Under the pieces are notes generated by a model. The model was not told where the DNA came from. It worked only from the letters and a program-made list of their open reading frames with translations, and did not search any database. Of a stretch of DNA of 64,000 nucleotides, positions 47,733-58,009 are shown one piece after another. Source of the stretch: Candidatus Zixiibacteriota bacterium (lineage in GTDB: Bacteria; Zixibacteria; MSB-5A5; UBA10806; 4484-95); the NCBI GenBank assembly GCA_037441845.1, contig JBBIRK010000003.1:192001-256000 (forward strand), in the 5' to 3' direction. A program made the translations under genes and the position numbers. Each line of letters opens with the position of its first letter. Position 1 is the first letter of the stretch.

Positions 47733-50024
47733 ATGATGGCATCGCTTTTCGCCGGAGTATCCGGCTTGCGCAACCACCAGGTTAAAATGAACGTGGTGGG
47801 CGACAACATAGCCAACGTGAACACGATCGGTTTCAAGATGGGTCGTGTGACTTTTCAAGAAGCGCTGATCCAGACTTTACGTGGCGCGAGTCGGCCTACG
47901 GCCACCAGCGGCGGCACCAATCCGCTGCAGCTGGGCCTCGGTATGACCATGTCGACTATCGACAATATATTTATACAGGGAGGGCTAGAGACCACCGGCC
48001 AGACTACCGATCTGGCGATACAAGGTTCCGGATTTTTCGTGTTGTCAGACGGACAACAGGATTATTTCACTCGTGCCGGTTCTTTCGGATTCGACTCCAA
48101 TTCCAATCTGGTGAATCCCAACAGCGGCTTTATCGTTCAAGGAAAGATGGCCGATGTCGACGGCACAATACCGGCCGACGCCCCCATCACCGGCATCAGC
48201 TTACCGTTCGGCCAGCAAGATCCGGCGCGGGCAACCACCGAAATCCGACTCGGGATGAACCTGGATTCGGCCACCACCAATTCACGCGCCACCTTGATCA
48301 CCGCCGGCACGACCAATATCACGACCGTCTCCGGGTTGGCCCGCAACGGCTCCGGCGGCAGACATACGATAACCGTGACCGGAACCAACGCAACCAATTC
48401 GGAAATGTCCGGGGTGCATGCGCTTGAATTGAGCAATCTCACGGCCGCCGACGCCACGCAGACATCGGCCAATAACCCCGGCGGCGTCCTCGTGCCGGGT
48501 ACGACATACTACTACACGATAATAGCCACCAACGCCCTCGGCCAATCCACCGGAGTCGAGGAGTCGGTTACGATCAACGCCGGGGATAATTCCGTGGTGA
48601 TCGACTGGTCGGCATATCCTGATTTGGCCGATGCCACGACTATTAGAATTTATCGCACCACCGTTCCCGGTGATTACACTCAAGCCAATTGCGGCATGAT
48701 CGCCGAGGTCGCCGTCGGTGCTCCGAATACCTACACCGACCTGGGTGTGGCAGGGGACAATTCCAGCCCGCCTACCGCCAACACGACCTTAAGTCTTACC
48801 GGGCAGGAAAGGCTTTCAGCGCTCGGCATAACCGATACCACCGATTTCCAGATTAGTGTCGATGGCGGCAGCTGGGTTACCCTGGCCCAATTGACCACGA
48901 ACTCCACCGTTAACGACCTGATCTCGGCGATCAACTCGTCGGTGCAAGGGGTTACGGCGTCGATCGTCGATGGCCAGGTGCATATAAGACGTGACTACGC
49001 CGGCAGCCCGACCGCCTATAATGTGGTCCTCCGCGACCTGCCCGGCTCGGGTGCCGATATATGTTCCCAGATTTTCGGAAACGGCGTGAATCACACTTTC
49101 ACCGTTAACAACGGCACGGCCTCGACTCTGGTGGCGCAGGACGTTTTCACCCCTGAGATAACCGGAATCGCCCTGGCGGCGGAAACGCTGGAACTGATTA
49201 CCGATGCCAACACTGGAATCGTAACCGGAATCAGCAATCTCGGCGGCGGTGGAGTAACGATGACAGCCGGACAAGCCGGTCTTGCGGCTGGAACTTTGAT
49301 TGTCGATACCGACAACACTCAGCACTCCACGAGCATAACCACCTACGATTCGCAGGGAGCCCGGCACAACCTGACGATAACATTCACCAAGAGTTGGCAG
49401 ACGAACGAGTGGTTCTGGGAGGCCTCGATCAGCGGCGGCGAAATTATCCGTTCGGGCGGTTCGGGAACGGTCAGATTCAACCCCAACGGTTCGCTTTCGA
49501 CATTCACTTTCGACGGCGGGGCGACCGCGATGCGGATCGATCCCAACAACGGAGCCGAGGAGATGGTCATAGATCTGTTTGCGGGAACTCCGGCGTTGTT
49601 CGATGGACTCACCGGTTTCGCCGCACCGTCCACGGCAGCAGCCAGATCCCAGGACGGCTACGGAGTGGGCGTGCTGTCCAACATTTCGATCGACCAGTCG
49701 GGAACCATCACCGGCATATTCACCAACGGCGTCTCGCGGATACTGGCTCAAATCTATATCGCCGAGTTCAACAACCCGGGCGGTCTGCTCAAAGTCGGCC
49801 GTAACCTTTACCAGACATCGGCCAACTCCGGCAGCGCCATATTGGGGGTGGCGGCCACCACGACGTCGTCGACGATCACCTCCGGAGCGCTGGAGATTTC
49901 CAACGTCGATCTGGCGCAGGAATTCACCAACATGATAATATCTCAGCGCGGATTCCAGGCCAACGCGAGGGTGATAACCACCTCGGACGCCATGCTTCAG
50001 GAGCTGGTGAATCTCAGGAGTTAA
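47733..50024 (+). CDS. flgE: Hook protein FlgE with large central insertion
   Basis: MMASLFAGVSGL, NIANVNTIGFK, DLAIQGSGFF, FTRAG, LEISNVDLAQEF, QRGFQAN. Confidence 0.96.
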   Translation: MMASLFAGVSGLRNHQVKMNVVGDNIANVNTIGFKMGRVTFQEALIQTLRGASRPTATSGGTNPLQLGLGMTMSTIDNIFIQGGLETTGQTTDLAIQGSGFFVLSDGQQDYFTRAGSFGFDSNSNLVNPNSGFIVQGKMADVDGTIPADAPITGISLPFGQQDPARATTEIRLGMNLDSATTNSRATLITAGTTNITTVSGLARNGSGGRHTITVTGTNATNSEMSGVHALELSNLTAADATQTSANNPGGVLVPGTTYYYTIIATNALGQSTGVEESVTINAGDNSVVIDWSAYPDLADATTIRIYRTTVPGDYTQANCGMIAEVAVGAPNTYTDLGVAGDNSSPPTANTTLSLTGQERLSALGITDTTDFQISVDGGSWVTLAQLTTNSTVNDLISAINSSVQGVTASIVDGQVHIRRDYAGSPTAYNVVLRDLPGSGADICSQIFGNGVNHTFTVNNGTASTLVAQDVFTPEITGIALAAETLELITDANTGIVTGISNLGGGGVTMTAGQAGLAAGTLIVDTDNTQHSTSITTYDSQGARHNLTITFTKSWQTNEWFWEASISGGEIIRSGGSGTVRFNPNGSLSTFTFDGGATAMRIDPNNGAEEMVIDLFAGTPALFDGLTGFAAPSTAAARSQDGYGVGVLSNISIDQSGTITGIFTNGVSRILAQIYIAEFNNPGGLLKVGRNLYQTSANSGSAILGVAATTTSSTITSGALEISNVDLAQEFTNMIISQRGFQANARVITTSDAMLQELVNLRS

Positions 50025-50036
50025 CGTTTGGATTAC

Positions 50037-50060
50037 GGGGGAGGGGCTCGCCCTTCCCCC
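50037..50060 (+). other. Strong hairpin without U tract after flgE
   Basis: GGGGGAGGGG-CTCG-CCCTTCCCCC 10-bp stem. Confidence 0.7.
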
Positions 50061-50075
50061 AAGAAGAGATGAATC

Positions 50076-50273
50076 ATGATAAGGGTTACGCGATTGAACG
50101 ATTCGGAGCTGGTGATCAATACCGATCTGATCGAGTTCGTGGAGGCGATACCGGAGACGATGATCAGCATGACCAGCGGCAAAAAAGTGATGGTTAAGGA
50201 AAACATAGACGAAATAGTGGCCAGAGTCGTTGAATATCGTAGGCTGATAAACCAGACATTAACAAATAGGTAG
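50076..50273 (+). CDS. flbD: FlbD/SwrD family protein
   Basis: MIRVTRLN..INTDLIEFVEAIPETMI..G.K.MVKE. Confidence 0.9.
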   Translation: MIRVTRLNDSELVINTDLIEFVEAIPETMISMTSGKKVMVKENIDEIVARVVEYRRLINQTLTNR

Positions 50274-50281
50274 GTAGTAAC

Positions 50282-50857
50282 ATGCCCGAAACAGAACAAG
50301 CGGTCGCCCCTAAAGAGAAACAAGAAAACACCGATGAAAAGCCGCCGAAGCCGAAGAAAAGCATCAAGCCTAAAATCCTGATGATAATCGGCGCCCAGGT
50401 TGTGCTTTCGATCGCAGGTTTCTTGTTCGTAACGAAATTTATCGCGCCTGATCCCGCGTTTCAGAGGGCGCGGGAGGAGAAAAAGAAAGAAGAAGCCCCC
50501 GCTCACGTCGAGGTCAAACGCGAGGTGTATCCTATCGAAGATGTGGTGGTTAACCCCGCCGGTACCAGCGGCAGCCGTTACCTTTCGGTTTCGATCGGTG
50601 TGGAGATGGATGCCGTCCCGCAGGAAGGCGGAGGCGAAGGCCACGGCGCCCCGGCAAAAACCGCCTCGCCGTTGGACGAGAAAAAACTTCAACTGCGCGA
50701 CGCCATGATCAACATTCTTTCGAGCAAGACGATCGAGCAGTTGACCAACAGCGCCGAGAAGGAGAATATCCGAACCGAAATCACTCAGGCGTTCAATCGG
50801 ATCCTGGGCGAGGGGAAAGTTCACCAGATTTACTTTGTCGAGTTCGTTTTGCAGTAA
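50282..50857 (+). CDS. fliL: FliL
   Basis: Single TM, VVNPAG..RYL, LRDAMI, IYFVEFVLQ. Confidence 0.93.
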   Translation: MPETEQAVAPKEKQENTDEKPPKPKKSIKPKILMIIGAQVVLSIAGFLFVTKFIAPDPAFQRAREEKKKEEAPAHVEVKREVYPIEDVVVNPAGTSGSRYLSVSIGVEMDAVPQEGGGEGHGAPAKTASPLDEKKLQLRDAMINILSSKTIEQLTNSAEKENIRTEITQAFNRILGEGKVHQIYFVEFVLQ

Positions 50858-50860
50858 GTT

Positions 50861-51850
50861 ATGGCCAAAATTCTATCGCAGCAAGAAATCGATGCTCTAT
50901 TGAGCTCCGTGGCGGCGGCCGGAGGAACGCAGCTTCCGCCGGACGATGTTTCCGGCCAATCGGAAATCGCCCGCAAGGCGGTGGCCTATGATTTCAGGCA
51001 CCCCAATCGGGTCTCGAAAGACCAGATGCGGACGCTCGAATCTTTGCATTCGAATTTCGCGGGACATCTCGGATCGGCGCTCTCCGGGTTCACCAGATCG
51101 GTGGTCGATATCGATCTGCTGTCGGTGGACCAAATCACTTACTCCGAATTCATAATGTCGCTGGCGTCGCCATCATGCACCTACGTGTTTTCCATCTCGC
51201 CGCTCGAGGGTGCCGGCATAATCGATTTTAATCCGTCGGTGGTATTCGCTTTCGTGGATCGAATGTTCGGCGGCACCGGGAAAAGCCTGAACACCGAGAG
51301 GGAGCTCACGGGGATCGAAAAATCGGTTATGTCTAAAATTATCGGCCGCGCCTTCCGGGAACTGGAACGCGCCTGGCAGCATATCATGACTCTGCACATT
51401 GCGCAGACCAATTTCGAGTCGAATCCGCAATTCATCCAGATCGTTCCCCCAGGTGAAACCGTAATCATCATTTCGTTGCAGATCAAAATGCAGGCGTCAT
51501 CGGGAATAATGACCATATGTTACCCCTACCTGACGTTGGAGGATATTGTCGACAAGCTTTCGGCGCAGAACTGGATCGATAAAAACAAGAAATCGATGAG
51601 CGAAGAAGAAAACAGGCAAAATACCAAGAGACTAATGCCCATAATCGCGCCGATCAGGGTGGTGCTCGGCGGCGCTACCGTAAGTATCAGAGACCTATTG
51701 AACATTAAAGTCGGCGACGTCATTCGACTCGATCAATCCGCCGAAAGCGATATAAATTTGATCGTGGGCGACAAAATCAAATTCCAAGGAAAGCCCGGGC
51801 TGGTCGGCCACCAACTGGCAATCAAGATTAACAAGACCGAATCGAGGTGA
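50861..51850 (+). CDS. fliM: Motor switch protein FliM
   Basis: [22 protein letters not shown]-terminal SpoA domain. Confidence 0.96.
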   Translation: MAKILSQQEIDALLSSVAAAGGTQLPPDDVSGQSEIARKAVAYDFRHPNRVSKDQMRTLESLHSNFAGHLGSALSGFTRSVVDIDLLSVDQITYSEFIMSLASPSCTYVFSISPLEGAGIIDFNPSVVFAFVDRMFGGTGKSLNTERELTGIEKSVMSKIIGRAFRELERAWQHIMTLHIAQTNFESNPQFIQIVPPGETVIIISLQIKMQASSGIMTICYPYLTLEDIVDKLSAQNWIDKNKKSMSEEENRQNTKRLMPIIAPIRVVLGGATVSIRDLLNIKVGDVIRLDQSAESDINLIVGDKIKFQGKPGLVGHQLAIKINKTESR

Positions 51851-51854
51851 TAAG

Positions 51855-52397
51855 ATGGACCAACAAACGCAGATGCCGGATAAAGAAGATCTGGGCCAAA
51901 TGCCCATAACCGAAAAAAAGAGCGAACCGCAGACCGCCGACAACCTCGAAACGAAAATGCCGGATATGAATTTCGGCCCGGCGGGCGACGGCCAGGCGGT
52001 CAAGACCAACCCGGAGGATATGAATGAGGCGGACGCCGAAGCGATGATGCTGAAAATGATGGAGGAACAAAGCAAATCGGTCCCGGTCGTGGAAAAAGCC
52101 AATTTCGAACAACTCAAGAGCGAAAACCACTCTACCACGCGCAATATCGATATGCTCATGGATGTAACTTTGCCGGTATCGATAGAACTGGGACGGACCT
52201 CGCTGAAAATCGAAGATATTTTGAATCTGGGTCCCGGCTCGGTGGTGGAACTTGATAAGCTCGCCGGTGAGCCGGTGGACGTACTGGTTAACGACCGGCT
52301 GCTGGCCAAAGGTGAAGTTGTGGTGATAGACGAAAATTTCGGAGTGCGAATCACCTCGATGATTTCGCCTCAAGATAGAATCAAGAGTTTAAGATGA
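51855..52397 (+). CDS. fliN: Motor switch protein FliN
   Basis: [38 protein letters not shown]; long acidic N-terminus. Confidence 0.94.
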   Translation: MDQQTQMPDKEDLGQMPITEKKSEPQTADNLETKMPDMNFGPAGDGQAVKTNPEDMNEADAEAMMLKMMEEQSKSVPVVEKANFEQLKSENHSTTRNIDMLMDVTLPVSIELGRTSLKIEDILNLGPGSVVELDKLAGEPVDVLVNDRLLAKGEVVVIDENFGVRITSMISPQDRIKSLR

Positions 52398-52831
52398 AAC
52401 CGCTCGGATCGGCCGCGGCATTGATCGTCAGCCCGATTATAACCCTGGCTCAAGACAGTCTGGCAAATCGGCCTGATCTTCCGGCGATGAATTTCGGTCC
52501 CGGCATCGCCGAAATTCTGCTAAAGCTGATAATCTCCATGGCCGTTATTATCGGCCTGATCTATGGCTCGATATTGCTTTTGCGGAAGATTTCCAATCGG
52601 ACGTTGCCGCAGGCGAATCAGTGGGTGAAAGTGATCGGCCGTTCCTACCTTACGCCGAAACAAAGCCTGTATATAGTGAAAATGGGTCCCAAATTCGCAG
52701 TGCTGGGGGTGAGCGACAACTCGGTCAACCTGATCAAGGAATTGACGCCGGAGGAGGCGGAATCATTGAATACGCCGAGCGAGAAACCGCGCGAATTCGC
52801 CGGCATATTCAAGAGTCTGCTGAAGAAATGA
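52394..52831 (+). CDS. fliO: FliO/FliZ
   Basis: Signal/TM segment, [14 protein letters not shown]; between fliN and fliP. Confidence 0.88.
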   Translation: MKPLGSAAALIVSPIITLAQDSLANRPDLPAMNFGPGIAEILLKLIISMAVIIGLIYGSILLLRKISNRTLPQANQWVKVIGRSYLTPKQSLYIVKMGPKFAVLGVSDNSVNLIKELTPEEAESLNTPSEKPREFAGIFKSLLKK

Positions 52832-53577
52832 AACGCCTGCTATTATCGATAACGATTCTCGTTTTGCTGATGACGCTGTTCGGCGAAACCGGGCTGGCTC
52901 AGAATCTGCCCAAAATTTCGATCGGACTCGAAAAGACGGGGGATTCGAAAGACCTATCGGTAACCTTGCAGATATTGCTTTTGCTCACGGTTCTGACCCT
53001 GGCGCCGGCGATTATAATCATGCTGACTTCATTCGTCAGGATCGTGGTGGTATTCTCGTTTTTAAGACAAGCTATAGGCACGCACCAGATGCCGCCCAAT
53101 CAATTGTTGATAGGATTGGCGCTCATTCTGACTGCGTTCGTTATGGCGCCCACGATAACCAAAATCAACGACAGCGCCCTTCAGCCATATCTGAAAGGCG
53201 AGATTTCCCAGAACGACGCCTACGATATCGGAATCAAGCCGATACGCGAGTTCATGCTCAAACAGGTCAGGGAAAAAGACCTGGCGCTTTTCGTTTCGTT
53301 TTCCGGCAACCCCAAGCCCAAAACCCCGGACGACATTCCAACCTACGTGATTATCCCCGGATTCGTCATCTCGGAACTCAGAATAGCGTTTCAAATAAGC
53401 TTTATACTGTTCATTCCGTTTTTGGTTATCGACATGGTGGTGGCCTCGGTATTGATGTCGATGGGTATGCTGATGCTTCCGCCGATTATGGTGTCGTTGC
53501 CTTTCAAAATTTTGTTGTTCGTGCTGGTCGACGGCTGGTACTTGATAGTGCAGTCGTTGCTTCAAAGTTTCCGTTAA
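52828..53577 (+). CDS. fliP: Export gate FliP
   Basis: LTSFVRI, PPNQ, ISEL, MGMLMLPP, LPFKILLFVLVDGW; ATGA overlap with fliO. Confidence 0.96.
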   Translation: MKRLLLSITILVLLMTLFGETGLAQNLPKISIGLEKTGDSKDLSVTLQILLLLTVLTLAPAIIIMLTSFVRIVVVFSFLRQAIGTHQMPPNQLLIGLALILTAFVMAPTITKINDSALQPYLKGEISQNDAYDIGIKPIREFMLKQVREKDLALFVSFSGNPKPKTPDDIPTYVIIPGFVISELRIAFQISFILFIPFLVIDMVVASVLMSMGMLMLPPIMVSLPFKILLFVLVDGWYLIVQSLLQSFR

Positions 53578-53593
53578 CGATAAGGAATAGCCC

Positions 53594-53863
53594 ATGGATA
53601 TGCAATTCGTAATAGCCCTGGGAAGGCAGGCGATCTATACCACTCTCTTGGTTTCGGCGCCGATGCTTATTTTGGCGATGATCGTCGGTTTGGCCATTTC
53701 GGTGCTGCAAGCCATCACCCAGGTGCATGAAATGACTCTGACGTTTATTCCCAAGATAATCGCGGTGGCCGTAGCCCTCGTCATCTTTCTGCCCTGGATG
53801 ATGACCACGATCGTCGGTTTTGCGACTCAGTTGTTGGCGACGATTCCGACATTGGCCAGATGA
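53594..53863 (+). CDS. fliQ: Export gate FliQ
   Basis: QAITQVHEMTLTFIPK. Confidence 0.96.
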   Translation: MDMQFVIALGRQAIYTTLLVSAPMLILAMIVGLAISVLQAITQVHEMTLTFIPKIIAVAVALVIFLPWMMTTIVGFATQLLATIPTLAR

Positions 53864-53899
53864 TCGCCATAAGCGAAAGCGAACGGAATAAGCCGGATG

Positions 53900-53932
53900 A
53901 ACAAAATTATCCTCTCGGCGGAAAAAAATTCC
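53900..53932. promoter_or_regulatory. Putative enhancer sites upstream of fliR
   Basis: GGAAAAAAATTCC (53920) and weaker AACAAAATTATCC (53900). Confidence 0.45.
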
Positions 53933-54029
53933 CGGCAAGATGTTGATCGAATACCCGCAAAATCCGGTCTTTGTGAAACAACTTAATACTATATAAGCAA
54001 TTACAAGTCCCATAGAATCTGCGGCTCAA

Positions 54030-54045
54030 CGGCACATGCTTTGCA
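54030..54045 (+). promoter_or_regulatory. Sigma54 promoter of fliR-flhBAFG-fliA
   Basis: CGGCACATGCTTTGCA (GG-N10-GC) in the fliQ-fliR gap. Confidence 0.75.
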
Positions 54046-54072
54046 TTAGCCCGAATTGGAGGAATCTTGTCG

Positions 54073-54861
54073 ATGTCGATACTGCAATTGAGTGCCGCCG
54101 AATTCGAAAAGCTTTTACTGCTTATGCTTCGTTTGGGCGGCATAATGTCCGTCGCCCCTATTTTCGGTCACCGCAGCGTGCCAACCATGCCCAAAATCGG
54201 TTTGGTGATCTTGACCAGCCTCATTATCCTGCCGACCCTCTCGGGATATTCCATAAAGGTTCCACCCGACCTGCCAGGATTGGTAGTGATGCTGTTCAAA
54301 GAAATCGTGGCCGGGCTGGCTATTGGATTCAGCTCGATGATGATTTTCCTGGCCGTGCAATTCGCCGGAACCTTGATCGGTCTGCAAATGGGTTTCGGCA
54401 TCGTCAACGTAATCGATCCTAATTCTCAGCTCGAAGTTCCCATAATCGGCCAATTCCAGTTGCTTCTTGCGACTCTGATCTTCTTGGCTCTTGACGGTCA
54501 TCATCTGGTCCTTTCGGCGATCGTCGGAAGCGTCAAGGTCATTCCTCTGGGGGCGATAGATTTTTCGGCGGTTTCCGGCGAGCTGATTCTACGTGCCGGC
54601 ATCGATACGCTGGCTTCCGGGATTAAGCTCGGAGCACCCTGCATGGTTACGCTATTTCTGGTCGACGTGGCTATGGGAGTGGTGGCCCGCACCATGCCGC
54701 AGATGAACGTTTTCGTTGTCGGTTTTCCATTGAAGATCGCCACCGGGTTCGTAATGATATCGGCTTCATTGCCGCTATTCGGTTACGTGTTCGCAAAATT
54801 GCTTATGGGTCTCAATAACAATCTCAATGCGCTGATACTGGCCATGAGGCCGATGCCTTAG
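54073..54861 (+). CDS. fliR: Export gate FliR
   Basis: Polytopic; AGTLIGLQMGFG, DGHH, PQMNVFVVGFPLKI. Confidence 0.95.
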   Translation: MSILQLSAAEFEKLLLLMLRLGGIMSVAPIFGHRSVPTMPKIGLVILTSLIILPTLSGYSIKVPPDLPGLVVMLFKEIVAGLAIGFSSMMIFLAVQFAGTLIGLQMGFGIVNVIDPNSQLEVPIIGQFQLLLATLIFLALDGHHLVLSAIVGSVKVIPLGAIDFSAVSGELILRAGIDTLASGIKLGAPCMVTLFLVDVAMGVVARTMPQMNVFVVGFPLKIATGFVMISASLPLFGYVFAKLLMGLNNNLNALILAMRPMP

Positions 54862-54872
54862 GATTGAATTAA

Positions 54873-55937
54873 ATGGCCGAAGAATTCGATCAGGACGAAC
54901 GAACCGAACAGGCGACGCCCCGAAAGCGGCAACAGGTGCGGCAAAAGGGGCAGGTCGCCAGGTCACAAGAAATTAATTCGGTTGCAGTGCTGTTCAGCGG
55001 CTTGCTGGCCCTGATGGTGTTTTCCAGCTCGATGTATGCCGGAATGGCCGGGGCGCTGCGTTACAATATCCAAAGTTGCCTGACCGAAATCAGCATCAAC
55101 TCGGCCTACCAGCTTTTACTCACCAACGGCATGTTACTTCTCAAACTGATCGCCCCGGTGCTGATGTTTGTGGCGGTCGTGGGAATTCTGGTGAATCTGG
55201 CGCAAGTCGGTTTCGAAATATCGTTCGAGCCGCTGCTGCCTAAACCGGAAAAGCTGGATCCGATCAAGGGGGCGCGGCGGCTTTTTTCACAAAGAGTGAT
55301 TTTCGATCTTATCCGCGACTCCCTGAAAATCGTGGTGATAGGATATATAGCTTTCTCGACTCTGAAAGGCGAAATTGACAATTACATTCCACTTGCCGAT
55401 CAGGAAGTCGGGCAAATTTTGCGTTTTGCCGGGAAAGTGGCTCTGAAAGTCGGTTTGAGGGTATCCGGCGCTTTGCTGATTATCGCTATCCTCGATTATG
55501 CTTTCCAGAGATTCCAGTTCGAACGCCAGATAAGAATGACCCGGCAGGAATTGAAGGAAGAATATAAGCTATACGAAGGCGACCCCATCGTCAAATCGCG
55601 CATAAAGCGGATTCAACGCGAATTGGCCCGGGCGCGGATGCTCAAAGAAGTTCCCAAAGCCGATGTCGTCGTGACCAACCCGACCCATTTGGCGGTCGCT
55701 TTGAAATACGACTCCGAAACGATGGCCGCGCCGACTGTGGTCGCCAAGGGCGAAAGATTGATCGCCGAGAAAATCAAAGAAGTGGCCAGGCAGGCCGGCG
55801 TGCCGATTATCGAAAATCCGCCGCTGGCAAGGGCGCTTTTCGAGGCCGTGGAAGTCGGCATGACCATACCGGCGAAACTTTACCGAGCGGTGGCCGAATT
55901 GCTGGCTCATGTCTATAAAATGAAAGGTAAGATCTGA
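54873..55937 (+). CDS. flhB: FlhB
   Basis: RTEQATP, EGDP, VTNPTH autocleavage site, ENPPLAR. Confidence 0.97.
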   Translation: MAEEFDQDERTEQATPRKRQQVRQKGQVARSQEINSVAVLFSGLLALMVFSSSMYAGMAGALRYNIQSCLTEISINSAYQLLLTNGMLLLKLIAPVLMFVAVVGILVNLAQVGFEISFEPLLPKPEKLDPIKGARRLFSQRVIFDLIRDSLKIVVIGYIAFSTLKGEIDNYIPLADQEVGQILRFAGKVALKVGLRVSGALLIIAILDYAFQRFQFERQIRMTRQELKEEYKLYEGDPIVKSRIKRIQRELARARMLKEVPKADVVVTNPTHLAVALKYDSETMAAPTVVAKGERLIAEKIKEVARQAGVPIIENPPLARALFEAVEVGMTIPAKLYRAVAELLAHVYKMKGKI

Positions 55938-58009
55938 TGGCTGATATCTCGGGCGGCCCGCGTAACCTGCTGCATCGCTTCTCGGATTACTCCGACGTTT
56001 TGCTGGCGGTAGCGGTAGTGGTCATTCTCGGCGTCTTGGTCTTGCCCGTGCCGGCTCGTCTGCTCGATATATTGCTGGCGCTCAATATCACGATCTCCAT
56101 GGTGATATTGCTGGTGACCATGTATTTGACCCGGCCGCTCGATTTCGCAGTGTTCCCGGGGCTGCTTCTGATTATCACCCTGTTTCGGCTTGCCCTCAAT
56201 GTCGCCTCTACGAGACTGATTCTGGGACAGGGATACGCGGGCGAAGTGATCTCCTCGTTCGGCAATTTCGTTATCGGCGGAAATTACGTGGTCGGATTCA
56301 TCATATTTTCGATTCTGGTCATCATCCAGTTCGTTGTGATTACCAAGGGCGCCGGTCGTATCGCCGAAGTCGCCGCCAGATTCACTTTGGATGCCATGCC
56401 CGGCAAACAGATGGCGATCGATGCCGACCTCAACGCCGGCCTTATCACCGAAGATCAGGCGAGAAAACGCAGAGCCGAAATCGGACAGGAGGCCGATTTT
56501 TATGGAGCAATGGATGGTGCCTCGAAATTCGTCCGAGGGGATGCGATCGCCGGAATTTTGATCACTATCATAAACGTAATCGGCGGAATTATGATCGGGG
56601 TCGTCCAGCGGGGATTGACGGTCAGTGAATCTCTGACGACATATACGCTCCTGTCGGTCGGTGATGGATTGGTCACGCAGATTCCCGCGCTCGTGGTTTC
56701 CACCGCCGCCGGCATAATTGTCACCAGGGCGGCTTCCGATTCGAATCTGGGCAAAGACCTTACCCGCCAGATAACTTTTCAACCTCGGGCGATAATGATC
56801 GCCTCGGGCATTCTATTCGTCTTCGGCCTGGTGCCCGGAATGCCGACTTTGCCGTTCATGCTGCTGGGAGCGATTACCGGAGCGGTAGCCTACAACATCA
56901 ACCGTTCCCGAAAAAGAAAACTGGCTGCTGCGGAAGTCACCGAAGAAAAGAAAGAAATACCTCCAGTCGAGCGGATGGAGGAGTATCTGAAGGTCGATCC
57001 GATGGAGATCGAGATCGGCTACGCCTTGATTCCCTTGGTGGATGTTTCTCAGGGAAACGACTTGCTCGAGCGGATCGCCATGATAAGGCGGCAGATTGCG
57101 CAGGAGCTCGGTTTGCTCGTGCCGCCCATCAGAATACGCGACAACATCCTGCTTAAACCGAATGAATATCAGATCAAAATTCGCGGGCACAGGGTGGCGG
57201 GTTCGGAACTATACCCCGGCCAATTTTTGGCGATAGATCCCGGTTATGTGGCCGAGCCGGTCGAGGGGCCTGATGTCAATGAACCGGCGTTCGGTTTGCG
57301 GGCCAAATGGATCGGCGAAAATCTCAAATCCTTGGCCGAATCGCGCGGCTATACCGTAGTCGAACCGACCGCGGTGATGGCGACACATCTGACCGAGATT
57401 ATCAAAGGACATGCAGCGGAGATACTGACTCGCCAGGAAACGGCCAATCTGATCGAAAATGTCAAGAAAGAACATAAGGCCCTGGTCGAGGAGGTCGTGC
57501 CTGCGATGGTGGGGATCGGTATAGTTCAGAAAGTCCTGCAAAATCTATTGGAGGAAAGAATTCCGATTCGCGATCTGCCGTTGATACTGGAAACGCTTGC
57601 GGATTTCGCCCCGACCACCAAAGATGCGGATATCCTCTCCGAATACGTCAGGCATAAGCTCAGCCGGACGATCACTAAAATGCATCTGAATTCGATCGGC
57701 GGATTGACGGTGATGACTTTGGATCCTGAGCTCGAATCAAAGATCGCCGCTTCCGTGCAATCGACCAAACATGGTTTAGTGCTCACGCTGCCGCCGGATT
57801 TGGCTCAGAAATTATATGAAACGATCAAGCGCGCGGTCGAGGAGATGCAGGTTCAGGGATATCCGCCGCTGTTGTTGGTATCGCCCAATATAAGATTGGC
57901 ATTCCGCCGGTTCGTGAAGCCTGTCGCCCCTAACCTGGCGGTCATATCCTACAACGAGGTACTTCCAGAAATCGAAATTGAAAGCACCAAAATAGTGAGG
58001 TTGCAATGA
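55937..58009 (+). CDS. flhA: FlhA
   Basis: RIAEVAARFTLDAMPGKQMAIDADL, FYGAMDGASKFVRGD. Confidence 0.98.
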   Translation: MADISGGPRNLLHRFSDYSDVLLAVAVVVILGVLVLPVPARLLDILLALNITISMVILLVTMYLTRPLDFAVFPGLLLIITLFRLALNVASTRLILGQGYAGEVISSFGNFVIGGNYVVGFIIFSILVIIQFVVITKGAGRIAEVAARFTLDAMPGKQMAIDADLNAGLITEDQARKRRAEIGQEADFYGAMDGASKFVRGDAIAGILITIINVIGGIMIGVVQRGLTVSESLTTYTLLSVGDGLVTQIPALVVSTAAGIIVTRAASDSNLGKDLTRQITFQPRAIMIASGILFVFGLVPGMPTLPFMLLGAITGAVAYNINRSRKRKLAAAEVTEEKKEIPPVERMEEYLKVDPMEIEIGYALIPLVDVSQGNDLLERIAMIRRQIAQELGLLVPPIRIRDNILLKPNEYQIKIRGHRVAGSELYPGQFLAIDPGYVAEPVEGPDVNEPAFGLRAKWIGENLKSLAESRGYTVVEPTAVMATHLTEIIKGHAAEILTRQETANLIENVKKEHKALVEEVVPAMVGIGIVQKVLQNLLEERIPIRDLPLILETLADFAPTTKDADILSEYVRHKLSRTITKMHLNSIGGLTVMTLDPELESKIAASVQSTKHGLVLTLPPDLAQKLYETIKRAVEEMQVQGYPPLLLVSPNIRLAFRRFVKPVAPNLAVISYNEVLPEIEIESTKIVRLQ

